From the NCBI GenBank assembly GCA_965224025.1, contig OZ245033.1:2560001-2624000 (forward strand): a stretch of DNA of 64,000 nt, given 5' to 3'. The DNA is from Candidatus Multivorans sp. (GTDB taxonomy: Bacteria; Acidobacteriota; Thermoanaerobaculia; Multivoradales; Multivoraceae). Below, in pieces: positions 40,529-50,979 of the stretch. Position numbers and translations under genes: made by a program. The stretch's first letter is position 1; each line of letters opens with the position of its first letter. Below the pieces are notes generated by a model that saw nothing but the letters and a program-made list of their open reading frames with translations, was not told the DNA's origin and did no database searches.

Positions 40529-41389
40529 GTGCCCCCGGTGGGGACGGCATCAACTGGCCGCCGCGTGGATCTGCCGGGGCGGGGCGCGACCTGGGTGCAC
40601 GAGGTCGAAGGACCCCCCGGGGCGCCGGTCCTGCTGCTGCTGCATGGGCTGGCGGCCACCGCGCTCCTGAACTGGACCACGAGCTTCGCCGCCCTCGGAC
40701 GCGGGTTCCGGGTCATCGCCCTCGATCACCAGGGGCACGGTCACGGCGTCAGCCGGATCGGCGCCTTCAAACTCGAGGACTGCGCCGACGACGCGGCCGC
40801 CCTGGCCGACCACTTCGGCCTGGAGCGGGTGATCCCGGTGGGCTACTCGATGGGTGGAGCGGTGGCGCAGTTGTTCTGGCGCCGGCATCCGAAGCGGACC
40901 GCGGGTCTCGTGCTCTGCGCTACGGGGTTCCGCTTCGGCGGCGCGCGGGCCCAGCGGGCGGCCACCACGCTCGGGCCGTTGCTGTCGCTCGCGGCGCGCG
41001 CGGCCCCCCAATCGTTGTGGGACAGGATGGGCGTACGGATGCTCGAAAACGTCCAGGATCCCGCCCTGCGGCAGACCTTGAAGCGGGAGACAGGACCGAC
41101 CGATCCCGTCTCGGTGATCGAGGCGGGCGCCGCGCTGGCGCGTTTCGATTCCAGTCCCTGGCTCGGAGAGATCGACGTGCCGACCGCGGTGGTGCTGACC
41201 GAGCAGGACGGGCACATTCCGCCCCAGTACCAGGCGCTCCTGGCGGAGCGGATTCCCGGCGCTTCGGTCCACCGGGTGGATGCCGACCACTACGCCTGCG
41301 TGGCGAGGCCCGCTCTCTTCGTGCCGACCCTGTTCGACGCCTGTCGCTCCGTCGCCCTGCGCGGCGTGGCGGTGCGCAGCGTTTCCTGA
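40529..41389 (+). CDS. Alpha/beta-fold hydrolase
   Basis: LLHG, DHQGHG, GYSMGG. Confidence 0.85.
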   Translation: MPPVGTASTGRRVDLPGRGATWVHEVEGPPGAPVLLLLHGLAATALLNWTTSFAALGRGFRVIALDHQGHGHGVSRIGAFKLEDCADDAAALADHFGLERVIPVGYSMGGAVAQLFWRRHPKRTAGLVLCATGFRFGGARAQRAATTLGPLLSLAARAAPQSLWDRMGVRMLENVQDPALRQTLKRETGPTDPVSVIEAGAALARFDSSPWLGEIDVPTAVVLTEQDGHIPPQYQALLAERIPGASVHRVDADHYACVARPALFVPTLFDACRSVALRGVAVRSVS

Positions 41390-41422
41390 CATCGCGTCAG
41401 CGGGTGCGCGGGCGCGGCGGAA

Positions 41423-41795
41423 ACTGGGTGCGCGGGCCCTCTGGCCCGCATCCGGCGCGAAGCGCCGGTCTCCACCTTGCGTCTCAGAACTCGCTTCGCT
41501 GCGTTCTGCGGCGCAAGCTCCTGGAAGGGTGGTTCGGTGTCGGTGGTCAGGCCCCGGTTGGGTCATGGTCCGACTCCCGCCATGTCGCGCGGAGTCTCTG
41601 CCGTGTCGCGGCGCCCAGGGACGGCGGCGCGTCCACGGCGCTTGACGTTGCCAGATAGCCTTCACGGTCGTACCGGTCGGTACCGCCGCCAAACCCGTCG
41701 CAGACTCCGTGTTTGGCCCCAGCCCCCACTTCACCAGGACCTTGCGGCGCAGAACTCACTCCGTTGCGTTTCTGCGGCGCAAGGTCCTGGTTGGT
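41423..41795. repeat. Cluster of intergenic palindromic repeats
   Basis: 41423-41473 matches 23063-23113; related hairpins cagaactc..ttctgcggcgcaag at about 41485 and 41750. Confidence 0.7.
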
Positions 41796-41888
41796 ACTCT
41801 GCGGCCACCGCAAGCCGAATCATACAGCCGATGGCGGATCCGCGAGGGATTCCGCTGCCGTGCGTACCAGTCCGGAGGTCGTTCGAAC

Positions 41889-42728
41889 ATGCACCGCGAT
41901 CCACGAAGAGCATCCGCCCCTGGTCCCCTCGTTCCGACGCTGGCTCTGGCCTTGTTCCTCGTTGTCGCAACGCCGGTGGCCTCGGAGGATTTCGACCACG
42001 TCCACCTGACGGCGCCGGACACGATGGCGGCGGCCCAGTGGTACAACAATCTCTTCGGCGGCAAGCTCGGCAAGAGCGGCCCCTTCGACGCCGTGTTCTA
42101 CGGCAACGACATCCTGAAGGTCCGGGAGGGCGAGCCGACCAGCGGCAGCGGCGGCACCTCGGTCGATCACATCGGTTTCTCGGTCGAAGACGTGGCGGCG
42201 AGTCTCGAGCAGTGCGAGGCCGCGGGCGGCAAGGTCGTGGGCGCCGCCCGGCATGTCGAGGCGGCCGGGTTCACCTTCGGCTTCTGCGAGGACCCCTGGG
42301 GCGCCCGGATCGAGGTAATCGACGACATGGACCACGGCGGCGCGCCGGGGCTGCACCACGTCCACGTGTTCTCGGGCGACGCGGTGGCGACCGCCGCCTG
42401 GTACGCGAAGCAGTTCGGCGGCGAGGTCGTGCCCTTCAAGGGCTTGGCCCCGCTGCACTCGATCCTGTACGAGAACGGCGGCGACGAGACCTGGCTGATC
42501 GTCAACCAGGCGCCGGGCGAACGGACCGGCACCGACGGCACGGTGGTCGATCACATCGGTTGGCACACCACCGAATACGATCCGTGGCTCGAGCGGTTGC
42601 GCGCGGGCGGCGTGAAGTTCGTCGTCGAGCCGCGGGAGCTGGAGGACGGCCACCGGATCGCGTTCATCGAGGGGCCGGACGGCACGAAGATCGAGGTCGT
42701 CGAGTTGCTCGAGGCAGGGCCGCCTTGA
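41889..42728 (+). CDS. Secreted two-domain VOC/glyoxalase-family protein
   Basis: FDHVHL, DHIGF, DPWGARIE, HHVHV, GPDGTKIE; signal peptide. Confidence 0.8.
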   Translation: MHRDPRRASAPGPLVPTLALALFLVVATPVASEDFDHVHLTAPDTMAAAQWYNNLFGGKLGKSGPFDAVFYGNDILKVREGEPTSGSGGTSVDHIGFSVEDVAASLEQCEAAGGKVVGAARHVEAAGFTFGFCEDPWGARIEVIDDMDHGGAPGLHHVHVFSGDAVATAAWYAKQFGGEVVPFKGLAPLHSILYENGGDETWLIVNQAPGERTGTDGTVVDHIGWHTTEYDPWLERLRAGGVKFVVEPRELEDGHRIAFIEGPDGTKIEVVELLEAGPP

Positions 42729-43702
42729 CGCGGAAGTCGAGCGTGGACGACCGGCGGCGGCGCGAGTGGCTGCGGCTGGGGCTCCTGGCCGCGGCCGTAG
42801 CTGCGGTCGCGGCCGGACCGCTTGCGGCGCAGGAAGCGGGCGCGGCGGTCGAGCCGGCGCGGTTCCACCACATCCACCTCAACGTCACGGACGTCGAGCG
42901 TTCGACCTCTTTCTATCGCGACACGTTCGGCGCGTTGCCGATCGAGTTCCGCGGCGCGGCGGACGCCGTGTTCACGGAGCGGTCCTTCATCCTCTTCAAC
43001 GACGTGGAGGAGGCGCCGGACGGCAGCCAGGAGAGCGGCATCTGGCACTTCGGTTGGGGCGGCGTCGATCTGCCGAACGAGTACAAGTGGCTGGTGTCCC
43101 GCGGCGTCGACATCCACACGCCGATCTACCGCCTGGGCCGCGGGCACGTCGTCTACGTCAACGGCCCCGACCGCGAGATGATCGAAGTGAACACGATGGG
43201 CCATCACCGCTTCGCCCACGTTCACCTGTTCGGCGTCGACGTCAACGAGACCGCGTCGTGGTACGAGCGGTACTTCGGGCTGCACGCGGGGCGGAGCGCG
43301 GAGGGCAACCCGCGGCCGGTGGGGCCGGACGCCGAGTTCTCGACCTGGCGGGAGTTCCACGAGGAACACCGGGCCTGGTCGAACGGTTTTCGGGCCGACA
43401 ACGTGACCTTCATCGTCTACAACATTCCCGACTACGAGCCGGTGGCGCCGTGGTGGCCGCAGGACGCGGCGCCGCTGCGTGAGCTGGCGCCTCAACGGGG
43501 GCGGGCGATCGACCACTTCGCCTTCTCCTACCGCGACATCGAACCGGTGTTCGAGCGGCTGCAGGAGGCGGGGGTCGAGATACTGGCGCCGATCACCTAC
43601 CGGCCGGAACTCGAGATGCGGAGTTTCTTCGTGATGGGCCCGGACAAGGTGGCGGTCGAGGTCGTCGAAGCGAAGCCGATCCCGGAGGGCGTGTGGGACT
43701 GA
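42725..43702 (+). CDS. Secreted VOC/glyoxalase-family protein (Tat-like signal)
   Basis: RRREWL signal, FHHIHLN, WHFGW, FAHVHL, IDHFAF, GPDKVAVE; start uncertain. Confidence 0.78.
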   Translation: MTRKSSVDDRRRREWLRLGLLAAAVAAVAAGPLAAQEAGAAVEPARFHHIHLNVTDVERSTSFYRDTFGALPIEFRGAADAVFTERSFILFNDVEEAPDGSQESGIWHFGWGGVDLPNEYKWLVSRGVDIHTPIYRLGRGHVVYVNGPDREMIEVNTMGHHRFAHVHLFGVDVNETASWYERYFGLHAGRSAEGNPRPVGPDAEFSTWREFHEEHRAWSNGFRADNVTFIVYNIPDYEPVAPWWPQDAAPLRELAPQRGRAIDHFAFSYRDIEPVFERLQEAGVEILAPITYRPELEMRSFFVMGPDKVAVEVVEAKPIPEGVWD

Positions 43703-43833
43703 GGCGGGGAGGCGGGCCAGGCCTGGGCACCCGGGTGGCGCCCGCATCCGACGCGAAGCGTCGTCCGACCGCTGCCTACCTGCTAAGGTCCGCCTGCCGA
43801 CCGAAACAACTGGTTTAGAAGCTGGAGGCGCGC

Positions 43834-45153
43834 ATGAGCCGCTCGATCGCTGCACTTCTCGTTCTTGGCGCCTTGGGCCTCGCTTCCGTGGCGGTCGCCG
43901 CCGACACGGGCGAGGAAGTCACCTTCCACGAGCATGTGCTGCCGATCTTCCAGCAAAGCTGCCAGACTTGCCATCGGCCGGGCGGCGACAACGTCGCCGG
44001 CATGGTGGCGCCGATGTCGCTGATGACGTACGAGGAATCGAGGCCCTGGGCGCGCTCGATCGCGCGTCTGGTGCAGAGCCGGGAGATGCCGCCGTGGGAC
44101 GCGACGGACCACACGGCCGGGGTCTTCGCCAACGAGCGCACGCTGACCCAGAACGAGATCGACACGGTCGTGGCCTGGGTGGGACGCGGCGCGCCGAAGG
44201 GCGATCCGGCCAAGGGGCCGGCCCCCCGTGTGTTCGAGGACACCGGCGGCTTCCTGATCGGCAAGCCGGACCTGATCGTCTACATGGAGGAGCCCTACTT
44301 CGTGGATGACGACATCGAGGACGAACAGCCCAACTTCTTCATCACGCTGACCGAGGAGATGCTCCCGGAACCGCGCTGGATTCAGGCGATCGAGTACCAG
44401 CCGGATGCCGAGTTCGTCCATCACATCACCGGCCGCGCCTTGACCCCGAACGAGGACGGCGAGGTGAACGTGCTCAGCGAGAACACGTTCTCCCTGGGTT
44501 CCATCGCAGCCGGCGAGGATCCGACGATCTATCCGCCGGGGTTCGGCAACGTGTTGCGAGCCGGCATGGTGGTCCGAATGAACGTGCATTACCACAAGGA
44601 ACCCGGCCCGGGCACCTCGGGCTACGACCGTTCAGCGGTCGCCTTCAGGTTCCATCCGGCGGGCGCCGACGTGAAGCACAAAGTGACCTGGAACACGGTC
44701 GGCGCCGGCGCCTTCGAAATTCCGCCTGGTCACGGGCGCTGGCGTGTCGGGTCGTCCAAGGTGTTCGAGAAGGACACGGTGATCCTGTCGCTGCATCCGC
44801 ACATGCACTTCCGAGGCGAGAGCATGAAGTACACGGCGTTCTACCCCGACGGCGGCGCAGAGGTACTGCTCGACGTCCCGCAGTACGACTACAGTTGGCA
44901 GACGAACTACATCTACCGTGAGCCCAAGGTGCTGCCGGCCGGAACCCGGGTGGAGATCGAAGCGATCTACGACAACTCGGAGACCAAGCTCGATGAATAC
45001 CCGTTCCTGAACATCGAGCGCGCCGTGGACTGGGGCGCGCAGAGCACGGACGAGATGATGGCCCCCTTCCTGGCCTGGACCTACGTGGAGCCGGAAGAGG
45101 CGGCGGCGATCCGAGCCGCCGGCGGGCCAAGTTCGACCGGCGGCGGCGAGTAA
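43834..45153 (+). CDS. Cytochrome c + copper type II (PHM-like) monooxygenase-domain protein
   Basis: CQTCH haem motif, MPPW, VHH, VHY, HPHMHFRG, DEMM. Confidence 0.78.
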   Translation: MSRSIAALLVLGALGLASVAVAADTGEEVTFHEHVLPIFQQSCQTCHRPGGDNVAGMVAPMSLMTYEESRPWARSIARLVQSREMPPWDATDHTAGVFANERTLTQNEIDTVVAWVGRGAPKGDPAKGPAPRVFEDTGGFLIGKPDLIVYMEEPYFVDDDIEDEQPNFFITLTEEMLPEPRWIQAIEYQPDAEFVHHITGRALTPNEDGEVNVLSENTFSLGSIAAGEDPTIYPPGFGNVLRAGMVVRMNVHYHKEPGPGTSGYDRSAVAFRFHPAGADVKHKVTWNTVGAGAFEIPPGHGRWRVGSSKVFEKDTVILSLHPHMHFRGESMKYTAFYPDGGAEVLLDVPQYDYSWQTNYIYREPKVLPAGTRVEIEAIYDNSETKLDEYPFLNIERAVDWGAQSTDEMMAPFLAWTYVEPEEAAAIRAAGGPSSTGGGE

Positions 45154-45167
45154 CGCGGGCTGCACCC

Positions 45168-45197
45168 GCCTGCCGAGGGTCCCGTGTGTGGGGTCCC
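45168..45197. repeat. Left arm of 30-bp inverted repeat bracketing the Druantia locus
   Basis: gcctgccgagggtcccgtgtgtggggtccc; 28/30 match to reverse complement of 56538-56567. Confidence 0.8.
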
Positions 45198-45208
45198 GCG
45201 GGACGCGC

Positions 45209-45279
45209 CATCCGTGCGCCCGATGACGGCCGCACGGATTGGTTCACGGGTGGCGCGGATCGCGCCACCCGTGTCACGG
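45209..45279. repeat. Double-hairpin palindromic repeat copy
   Basis: tccgtgcgcccg..cggccgcacgga and cgggtggcgcg..cgcgccacccg stems. Confidence 0.75.
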
Positions 45280-45425
45280 CTAGCAGTTGGCTCCCTTGGA
45301 GGGCCGCGCTTCGGTGCGCACCGCCGTGCAAGTCGACCGGTGGGCGCTACGCGTCGGCGGACTCGGGTCCGACGAAGTGTGCGCCGGGCTGCCGTGTTCT
45401 CACCGGACCTTGAACCTGTCGGCGT

Positions 45426-48400
45426 TCATCGAAGGGCAGTCATGATCCGCCGGGTAGCGGCTGGTAGGTTCCCGCGCACTACGAGTTCGTTTTCGACGAT
45501 GACCGGGAGTTCTCGGCTGGAATCAAGAGCGGCGATGGAGGCGTCGGCGGGGCGATGGGGCGTCAGAGGATCTGAGAGGGCGATGACGAACCGTCGGCCG
45601 GTCTTGGTCGTCGCCAGGATGGGTGCGGTGACGGTCGCGCCGGCCGTTTGCAGGGGGGCATCCATGTCGAATCGCGTCCCGCCCACGGATTGGCGCTGGA
45701 GATCATTGCGGAGCAGCGCTGTCGAGGAAGCCAATCGGCTTGGGCTGAACTCGGCAAGCCGTCCGTCGATGAGATAGCTGAGAAGTTGGGCGCCGATGTG
45801 GCGGTCGAGGAGACTGTGCTCGAACTTGTTCTTGAAGCTGCGTAGGCAGCGGTAGCACGACGCGTCGCAGCCTTCCTCGCAACTGATGAGAAGGCCGTGT
45901 GCTGCCTGCAACAACTCGACGGGTGATTCGGGGAGTTGCGTCGAGAATCCGGCACCACCTGGGAGTGTGTCGTACAGGAAGACCTCGGCTTCTAGGCCAG
46001 TTGTGCCGCCGGGCGTGAGTGCAGGGCGGAACTCGGCCATCATTTCTCCCGGCTCTAGTTCGAGCAATCTGCAGGCGGCAGCAGCCAGCGCTTCGCTAAC
46101 AGTCCGCAAGGCAACGACCGTTGATGTGTGGCCGGGTTTGAGGCTCATTGGCCGAGCGACCCGCAAGGAGAAGAGTGCGATGTCCGTTATGAAGTCGGTG
46201 CCCAGGACGAGGTGGCGTACGGGGTTGAGACCGTCGCAATTGCGCTTGTCGTCGTCGTACGGATAGGGCTTCAAGTGCGTGCCGTGCAGTTGGTCGGAAT
46301 GGGCCGCTGTCGCTTCTATGCGACCGCACTTCGTGCAGTACGTGTAGCCGTCCTTTCTCGGACCCGTATTGGACACGAGCAGGTGTCTTCTCGACGCAAG
46401 TACCCGGACGCGTTCGTTGACGATGGTCCAAGCCTCGGAATCGTCCGGCGTGTCCATCGTCAGCTTGGCGCGGGTCGCGTAGCTGGTTTCCGGCATGTCG
46501 TCCGGCGACGTGACCTCTTCGGTGTCGACGGGATGGGCGAACCCGGGGGGCCGCAGCCAGTAGCGCCCAGGACCGAACGTTCGGACGCCGCCACAGGCTT
46601 GGCAGTCCCGAGTTTCGCGCCGCTGGGCCTCGCCGACAGCGTAGGTCCTGGCGAAGCCGCAGATCTCGCACTCCATGTAGATGCGCTTGGACTCCCATGC
46701 GGCGAAACGGTCGTTGGGATGGGCGGAGTAAATTGCACTCGACGTGTAACACTTGCCGGAAATCCACACCTGTTTGCCTGGGGAATACTGGGACAGGGCA
46801 ACCGAAAGTCCTTGCTGGGGCGCGAAACGCATGATCGGGCGGAATCGCGTGGACCGGTCGGTGTCGAACACATGGAAGGTCGCGACGTCGGTCGGGAAGG
46901 CGTAGCGTGGGAGTTTCCCGCGGTAGAGAAGCCGGTCGAGAAGCTTTTGGGTGTTGGCTGTCTGCTTCGAGCTCTCCTCGCCGGCTTCCGGCTGGAGTTC
47001 GGCTTCGGCCGCGTCGGGGGACTCGCCGTAGTCCTCGGCTTCGTCGGGCGCGAGGCCAATAGCGTCGTCGATGGCTTCAAGGCAATCCTGAATGAGACCG
47101 CTCAGGAGCAAGTCGCGGTCCTGCGGGGTGATCTCCCGCGGAATCCAGGACGACACCCGGCACCGTAGGTTGCCTTCGTGCTCTCCGAGCCAGTGAGCGA
47201 AATCGTGGCGGTTCAGGACAGAGGCAGGATCGCGGAACTCGGCGACGGTGCCGAGCACCGAGAAGAGGTCGTGATTCTGGCCGGGATCCACGGCCGGGAT
47301 GCGATCCTGGTGGTAGCACTGCAGTAAGAACGCGCGGATGTGCCGGCGTACGATGTCCGGATTGTCGAGCGTTAGTTTCGGGTCGACGACATCGCCCCGG
47401 ATCATCCCGTCCGGCTTCGTGAAGTAGTGCTCGTCGTGGCTGTCGGCGCTGCCGAAGGCAACGACGGTGGCGACGGCGTTGCCGCGGCGTCCTGCTCGGC
47501 CCGAGCGCTGCTGATAGTTGGCGCGGCTCGGCGGCATGTTGCGCAGGGCGACGCCGGCCAGGGCGCCGATGTCGATGCCGACCTCCATGGTCGTCGTGCT
47601 CGAAAGCACATCGACGGCGGTGGACGAGTTGGCGCGTTCCCCAAGGGCGATGTCCTGAAAAAGGAGTTCGTTCTCCTCGGCCTTGGAGAACACGTCCTCG
47701 GTCTGCGGGGCGTTCAACTGCGCGGTGTGCTCGGCGGCGACGAGAGCAAGTGGTGGATTCGGAGGTTCCGAGAGCGCGTCGGTGACGGGTCTGCGGTAGA
47801 AGCCCTTTCGCGCTAGGAAGATGGGGTCGTGGTCAGGATCAAGTTCCCCGATGTTGAGGCTTCCGCAATCCAGACAGTGCGGGATGCTCGAAACGGGCCG
47901 ATGCACGGATTTGCAACTGCTACATCGGGCCCAACTGCCTTCGAAAGCGAGGGTCAAATCGCTGCCCCGCAGGCGACTGAAGCCGTTGGCGGTGGCCTCG
48001 GTGAAACGGGCCATTAGTTGGGGTGACCAATCGCCGTTGAAGATCTTGCGCGCCGCAGGGACGGCGAGGATGGTGTTCATGGCCCTGAACTTGCCTTTCC
48101 GCGAGCGGACGCTGATGCCTTGGGAACGCGGGCGCTGGCCCCAGACGGGCGGCATGGCACCGAGCCAGAAGCCGTACCCCTGCCAGCAGCGCAGCCACGC
48201 CCGCGCGAGTTCCGCCTTGGTTTCGGGCGTTTCGGCGACGCCGGGAATCGAGGGGAGTTCGTACAGCATATCCGTGAGGTCTTCGCGTTCGGCGAGGGAT
48301 GCCAGGGCCAGAGGCTCGAATCCGAGAAAGCGGTCCTGCACGGTCGTTACTATCTGCTCGAGCAACGCTTCGGGTGGACGTTCTGATCGAATCCGCATGC

Positions 48401-50966
48401 AGAGTCTGACTAGGGTGCCGTCGTTGTCGGTCTGGTTGTTGTCGACCGCGTCTCGCACGATGAGATCCGCCCCGAAGCTCTCGCCGGCCTTCTTTTCGGG
48501 GCGCAGGCGCACATGGAGCGTCCGGGCGGCAAGGAGGACAGCAAGATAGAGGTCGTTGAGGTTGAGGTCTGGCCGCAGGAAGGGGACGGCTTGGAGCCGC
48601 TGAAAGCCCCAGGCGATGAGCGGGCGAAGGGAGTCGCGGACCGAGTACATCTGCAAATTCGGGGCTAGGCGTGCCGCGACCTGTCGCGAGTCCGAGAACG
48701 TCAGTACCTTTCTGCCCCGCAAAGGCGCGAAGGGGGTCGGAGGGTCGAGGGACGGAGGTTGGATCTGCAGTTGCCGGGCCACGAGCGCTTGGAACGGTTG
48801 GTCGCCCTTGGTCTGGTGATCCCGGACGTAGGAGGTACCGAAACGGGCCCACTTGCCGCAGACGGCGCACGGAGCGAACTGGCCTGGTGACATGAGTGAC
48901 GGGTCGCCGCCGCCGTTTGCTTCGTCCAACGCCCCGGACAGGCGATCGTTGCATAGATAGACGCGGCGCATGCGCGGGCCTAGGGATGGCGGGTTGAGGC
49001 GGCCCGTCTCAAGATCGTAGTCCGCGGGCTCGGCGGCTTCGTCGGTGGCGGGAGCTTCAAGCAGAAGATCTAGGGGACCAAGCGGACCCGTTTCGCCCTC
49101 CGCCATGCGTAGGCGCTGTCCGGGTTCAGACCATAAGGACGACGGGCAATCGACATCGTGGGTGTAGGCCCTTGCGTACGCTGTACCGCAGTTGCGGCAC
49201 GTGTACAGTTCGAGCACGCGGGCGCCGCAGTGGCAGGATTCGCGCGGCTGGCTGTACATGGTTCCGCAGATTCCGTCCCTCTCGGATTCGTCGAGGTTGC
49301 TGCATGCCGGGTCCATGCAGACCCAAAGCCCGGGGAGACCGCGGAAGAAGTTGTGGATGCGGCAGGGCAAGAGCCCGGGGGTCTTGGGGTCGAGGCGCGC
49401 GGCACTGCCGAGTGCCATTAGCGCGTTGACCGCGCTGTCGGCGGTCTGCGAATTGGCGCTGGGGAACAGCTGTTGGCCGAGTTCGGTAAGAGGGAGCGCC
49501 CGCTCCATTGTCATGTTAATAAGACGGCCCATTGGTGGGTAGTCGGCGAGCGAGTTGTGGAGGGCTCGCTCGGGATTGGTGTCGTCCTTCGCATGTAGAT
49601 GGTCGACGATCGGCTTGATGATCGCGTGACGTTCCGAATCGGTTTGCGCGTCGTAGTAGCGCTTGAGGTCGATGCCCGCGAGGACCCCGGCGTCCCGGGG
49701 TGCACCTGGGCCGTCGTGCGGTCGGAGATCGAGTGCTCCCGAGATCGGGAGGAACGTGTCTGGCGAAAGGCCCGATAGCTGTGCGCCGAACTGCGGAGCG
49801 TACGGGCGGCAGCTGAAGCTAGCGGTTGAGCAGATGACGCGGAACCGGTCTGCTGGAACACCGAGGCGATCGCGCAATCGGCGCAGCAGAAGGCTCACCT
49901 CCGCTCCGGCGGTCCCCCTGTAGAGATGCGCCTCGTCGAGAACAACCAAAAAGTCCTCGTCCGTATTGAGTTCGAGGAACGCGCGTGTCCTATCGAATAC
50001 GGCGCGCTCGATCGGACGCATCATCATGTACTCAAGCATCGAGTAGTTGGTGACGAGGAGATCAGGGGGGGTGCACTGCACTTCGTGTCGCGTGAGTAGT
50101 TCGCTGTCGTCCGGCAGCGTCACGGCCCTGACGAATGCACCTGTCTTCGGATCCTGCCAGCGGCTCCTCTTCGCGCCGAGCCAGGCACTCAGGTCTGGCT
50201 TGGCCGGCCACTTTCCGCGCTCCTTGAGTGCATGCCGCAGGCGACGCGCCTCGGCATGGCCTTCGGCGTTCGTATCGCGCGCGGCACGCTCGATGTCGAC
50301 GAAGAAGTCATCGAATGCCCTGAACTTGGCGGAGTCCTTCTCGCGCGTCCGAACGCCCGCGTAGGGCGTGCGGCTCGTGTAGCGGGCGAACCGTGGAGGC
50401 CGCCCGGCCCAGGTGTTGAAGAGTGAAACCAAGCGGGGGTCGCCGAAGAGCCCGCGCAGGCGCCCCAATTGGTCGTTGACTAGGGCGTTCATGGGATACA
50501 GGACGAGAGCGCGCATCCCAGGTTGGTTTGCAAAGGAGTCGCTCCCCGAACTGGCTTCCCGTGCCAGCTTTCCGAGGATGGGAAGGAGGAAGGCCTCGGT
50601 CTTTCCCGACCCGGTGCCTGTCATCACGACGAGATTGCGTCTGTCGATCAGGCTACCCCGGACCGCTTCCGACTGGTGTTTGTAGGGAGGATCGTAGATC
50701 AGCTTTGGCAGACCGCCTTGCGCGTGTGATACGGCGCTGAAGGCTTCGAGTGCTGCGGCAGGGAGTCCCGCCATTTCGGAGAAGCGCATACCGGTTTCGT
50801 AACGCGGCGTGGACTCCAGGTAGGGGACCTGGTGGATGACACCGGGAGTGTTCAGCAGTGCTTTACGCCGATTTATGAGCGACTTGGCGCTGATGTGGTA
50901 AGTGGCTTCAATGTAGTCGCGCAGTGCTCCGTGGAGTTGCTCTATCGACTGTTGGATGGTCTGCAT
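45426..50966 (-). CDS. druE: Druantia DEAH-box helicase with DUF1998-like C-terminus
   Basis: TGTGSGKT, DEAH, STTTMEVGIDIG, QRSGRAGR, CxxC pairs, YDTLPGGAG...CDASCYRCL; 1846 aa; last gene of operon. Confidence 0.88.
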   Translation of the reverse strand: MQTIQQSIEQLHGALRDYIEATYHISAKSLINRRKALLNTPGVIHQVPYLESTPRYETGMRFSEMAGLPAAALEAFSAVSHAQGGLPKLIYDPPYKHQSEAVRGSLIDRRNLVVMTGTGSGKTEAFLLPILGKLAREASSGSDSFANQPGMRALVLYPMNALVNDQLGRLRGLFGDPRLVSLFNTWAGRPPRFARYTSRTPYAGVRTREKDSAKFRAFDDFFVDIERAARDTNAEGHAEARRLRHALKERGKWPAKPDLSAWLGAKRSRWQDPKTGAFVRAVTLPDDSELLTRHEVQCTPPDLLVTNYSMLEYMMMRPIERAVFDRTRAFLELNTDEDFLVVLDEAHLYRGTAGAEVSLLLRRLRDRLGVPADRFRVICSTASFSCRPYAPQFGAQLSGLSPDTFLPISGALDLRPHDGPGAPRDAGVLAGIDLKRYYDAQTDSERHAIIKPIVDHLHAKDDTNPERALHNSLADYPPMGRLINMTMERALPLTELGQQLFPSANSQTADSAVNALMALGSAARLDPKTPGLLPCRIHNFFRGLPGLWVCMDPACSNLDESERDGICGTMYSQPRESCHCGARVLELYTCRNCGTAYARAYTHDVDCPSSLWSEPGQRLRMAEGETGPLGPLDLLLEAPATDEAAEPADYDLETGRLNPPSLGPRMRRVYLCNDRLSGALDEANGGGDPSLMSPGQFAPCAVCGKWARFGTSYVRDHQTKGDQPFQALVARQLQIQPPSLDPPTPFAPLRGRKVLTFSDSRQVAARLAPNLQMYSVRDSLRPLIAWGFQRLQAVPFLRPDLNLNDLYLAVLLAARTLHVRLRPEKKAGESFGADLIVRDAVDNNQTDNDGTLVRLCMRIRSERPPEALLEQIVTTVQDRFLGFEPLALASLAEREDLTDMLYELPSIPGVAETPETKAELARAWLRCWQGYGFWLGAMPPVWGQRPRSQGISVRSRKGKFRAMNTILAVPAARKIFNGDWSPQLMARFTEATANGFSRLRGSDLTLAFEGSWARCSSCKSVHRPVSSIPHCLDCGSLNIGELDPDHDPIFLARKGFYRRPVTDALSEPPNPPLALVAAEHTAQLNAPQTEDVFSKAEENELLFQDIALGERANSSTAVDVLSSTTTMEVGIDIGALAGVALRNMPPSRANYQQRSGRAGRRGNAVATVVAFGSADSHDEHYFTKPDGMIRGDVVDPKLTLDNPDIVRRHIRAFLLQCYHQDRIPAVDPGQNHDLFSVLGTVAEFRDPASVLNRHDFAHWLGEHEGNLRCRVSSWIPREITPQDRDLLLSGLIQDCLEAIDDAIGLAPDEAEDYGESPDAAEAELQPEAGEESSKQTANTQKLLDRLLYRGKLPRYAFPTDVATFHVFDTDRSTRFRPIMRFAPQQGLSVALSQYSPGKQVWISGKCYTSSAIYSAHPNDRFAAWESKRIYMECEICGFARTYAVGEAQRRETRDCQACGGVRTFGPGRYWLRPPGFAHPVDTEEVTSPDDMPETSYATRAKLTMDTPDDSEAWTIVNERVRVLASRRHLLVSNTGPRKDGYTYCTKCGRIEATAAHSDQLHGTHLKPYPYDDDKRNCDGLNPVRHLVLGTDFITDIALFSLRVARPMSLKPGHTSTVVALRTVSEALAAAACRLLELEPGEMMAEFRPALTPGGTTGLEAEVFLYDTLPGGAGFSTQLPESPVELLQAAHGLLISCEEGCDASCYRCLRSFKNKFEHSLLDRHIGAQLLSYLIDGRLAEFSPSRLASSTALLRNDLQRQSVGGTRFDMDAPLQTAGATVTAPILATTKTGRRFVIALSDPLTPHRPADASIAALDSSRELPVIVENELVVRGNLPAATRRIMTALR

Positions 50967-50979
50967 GGGGCTGCTTTTT

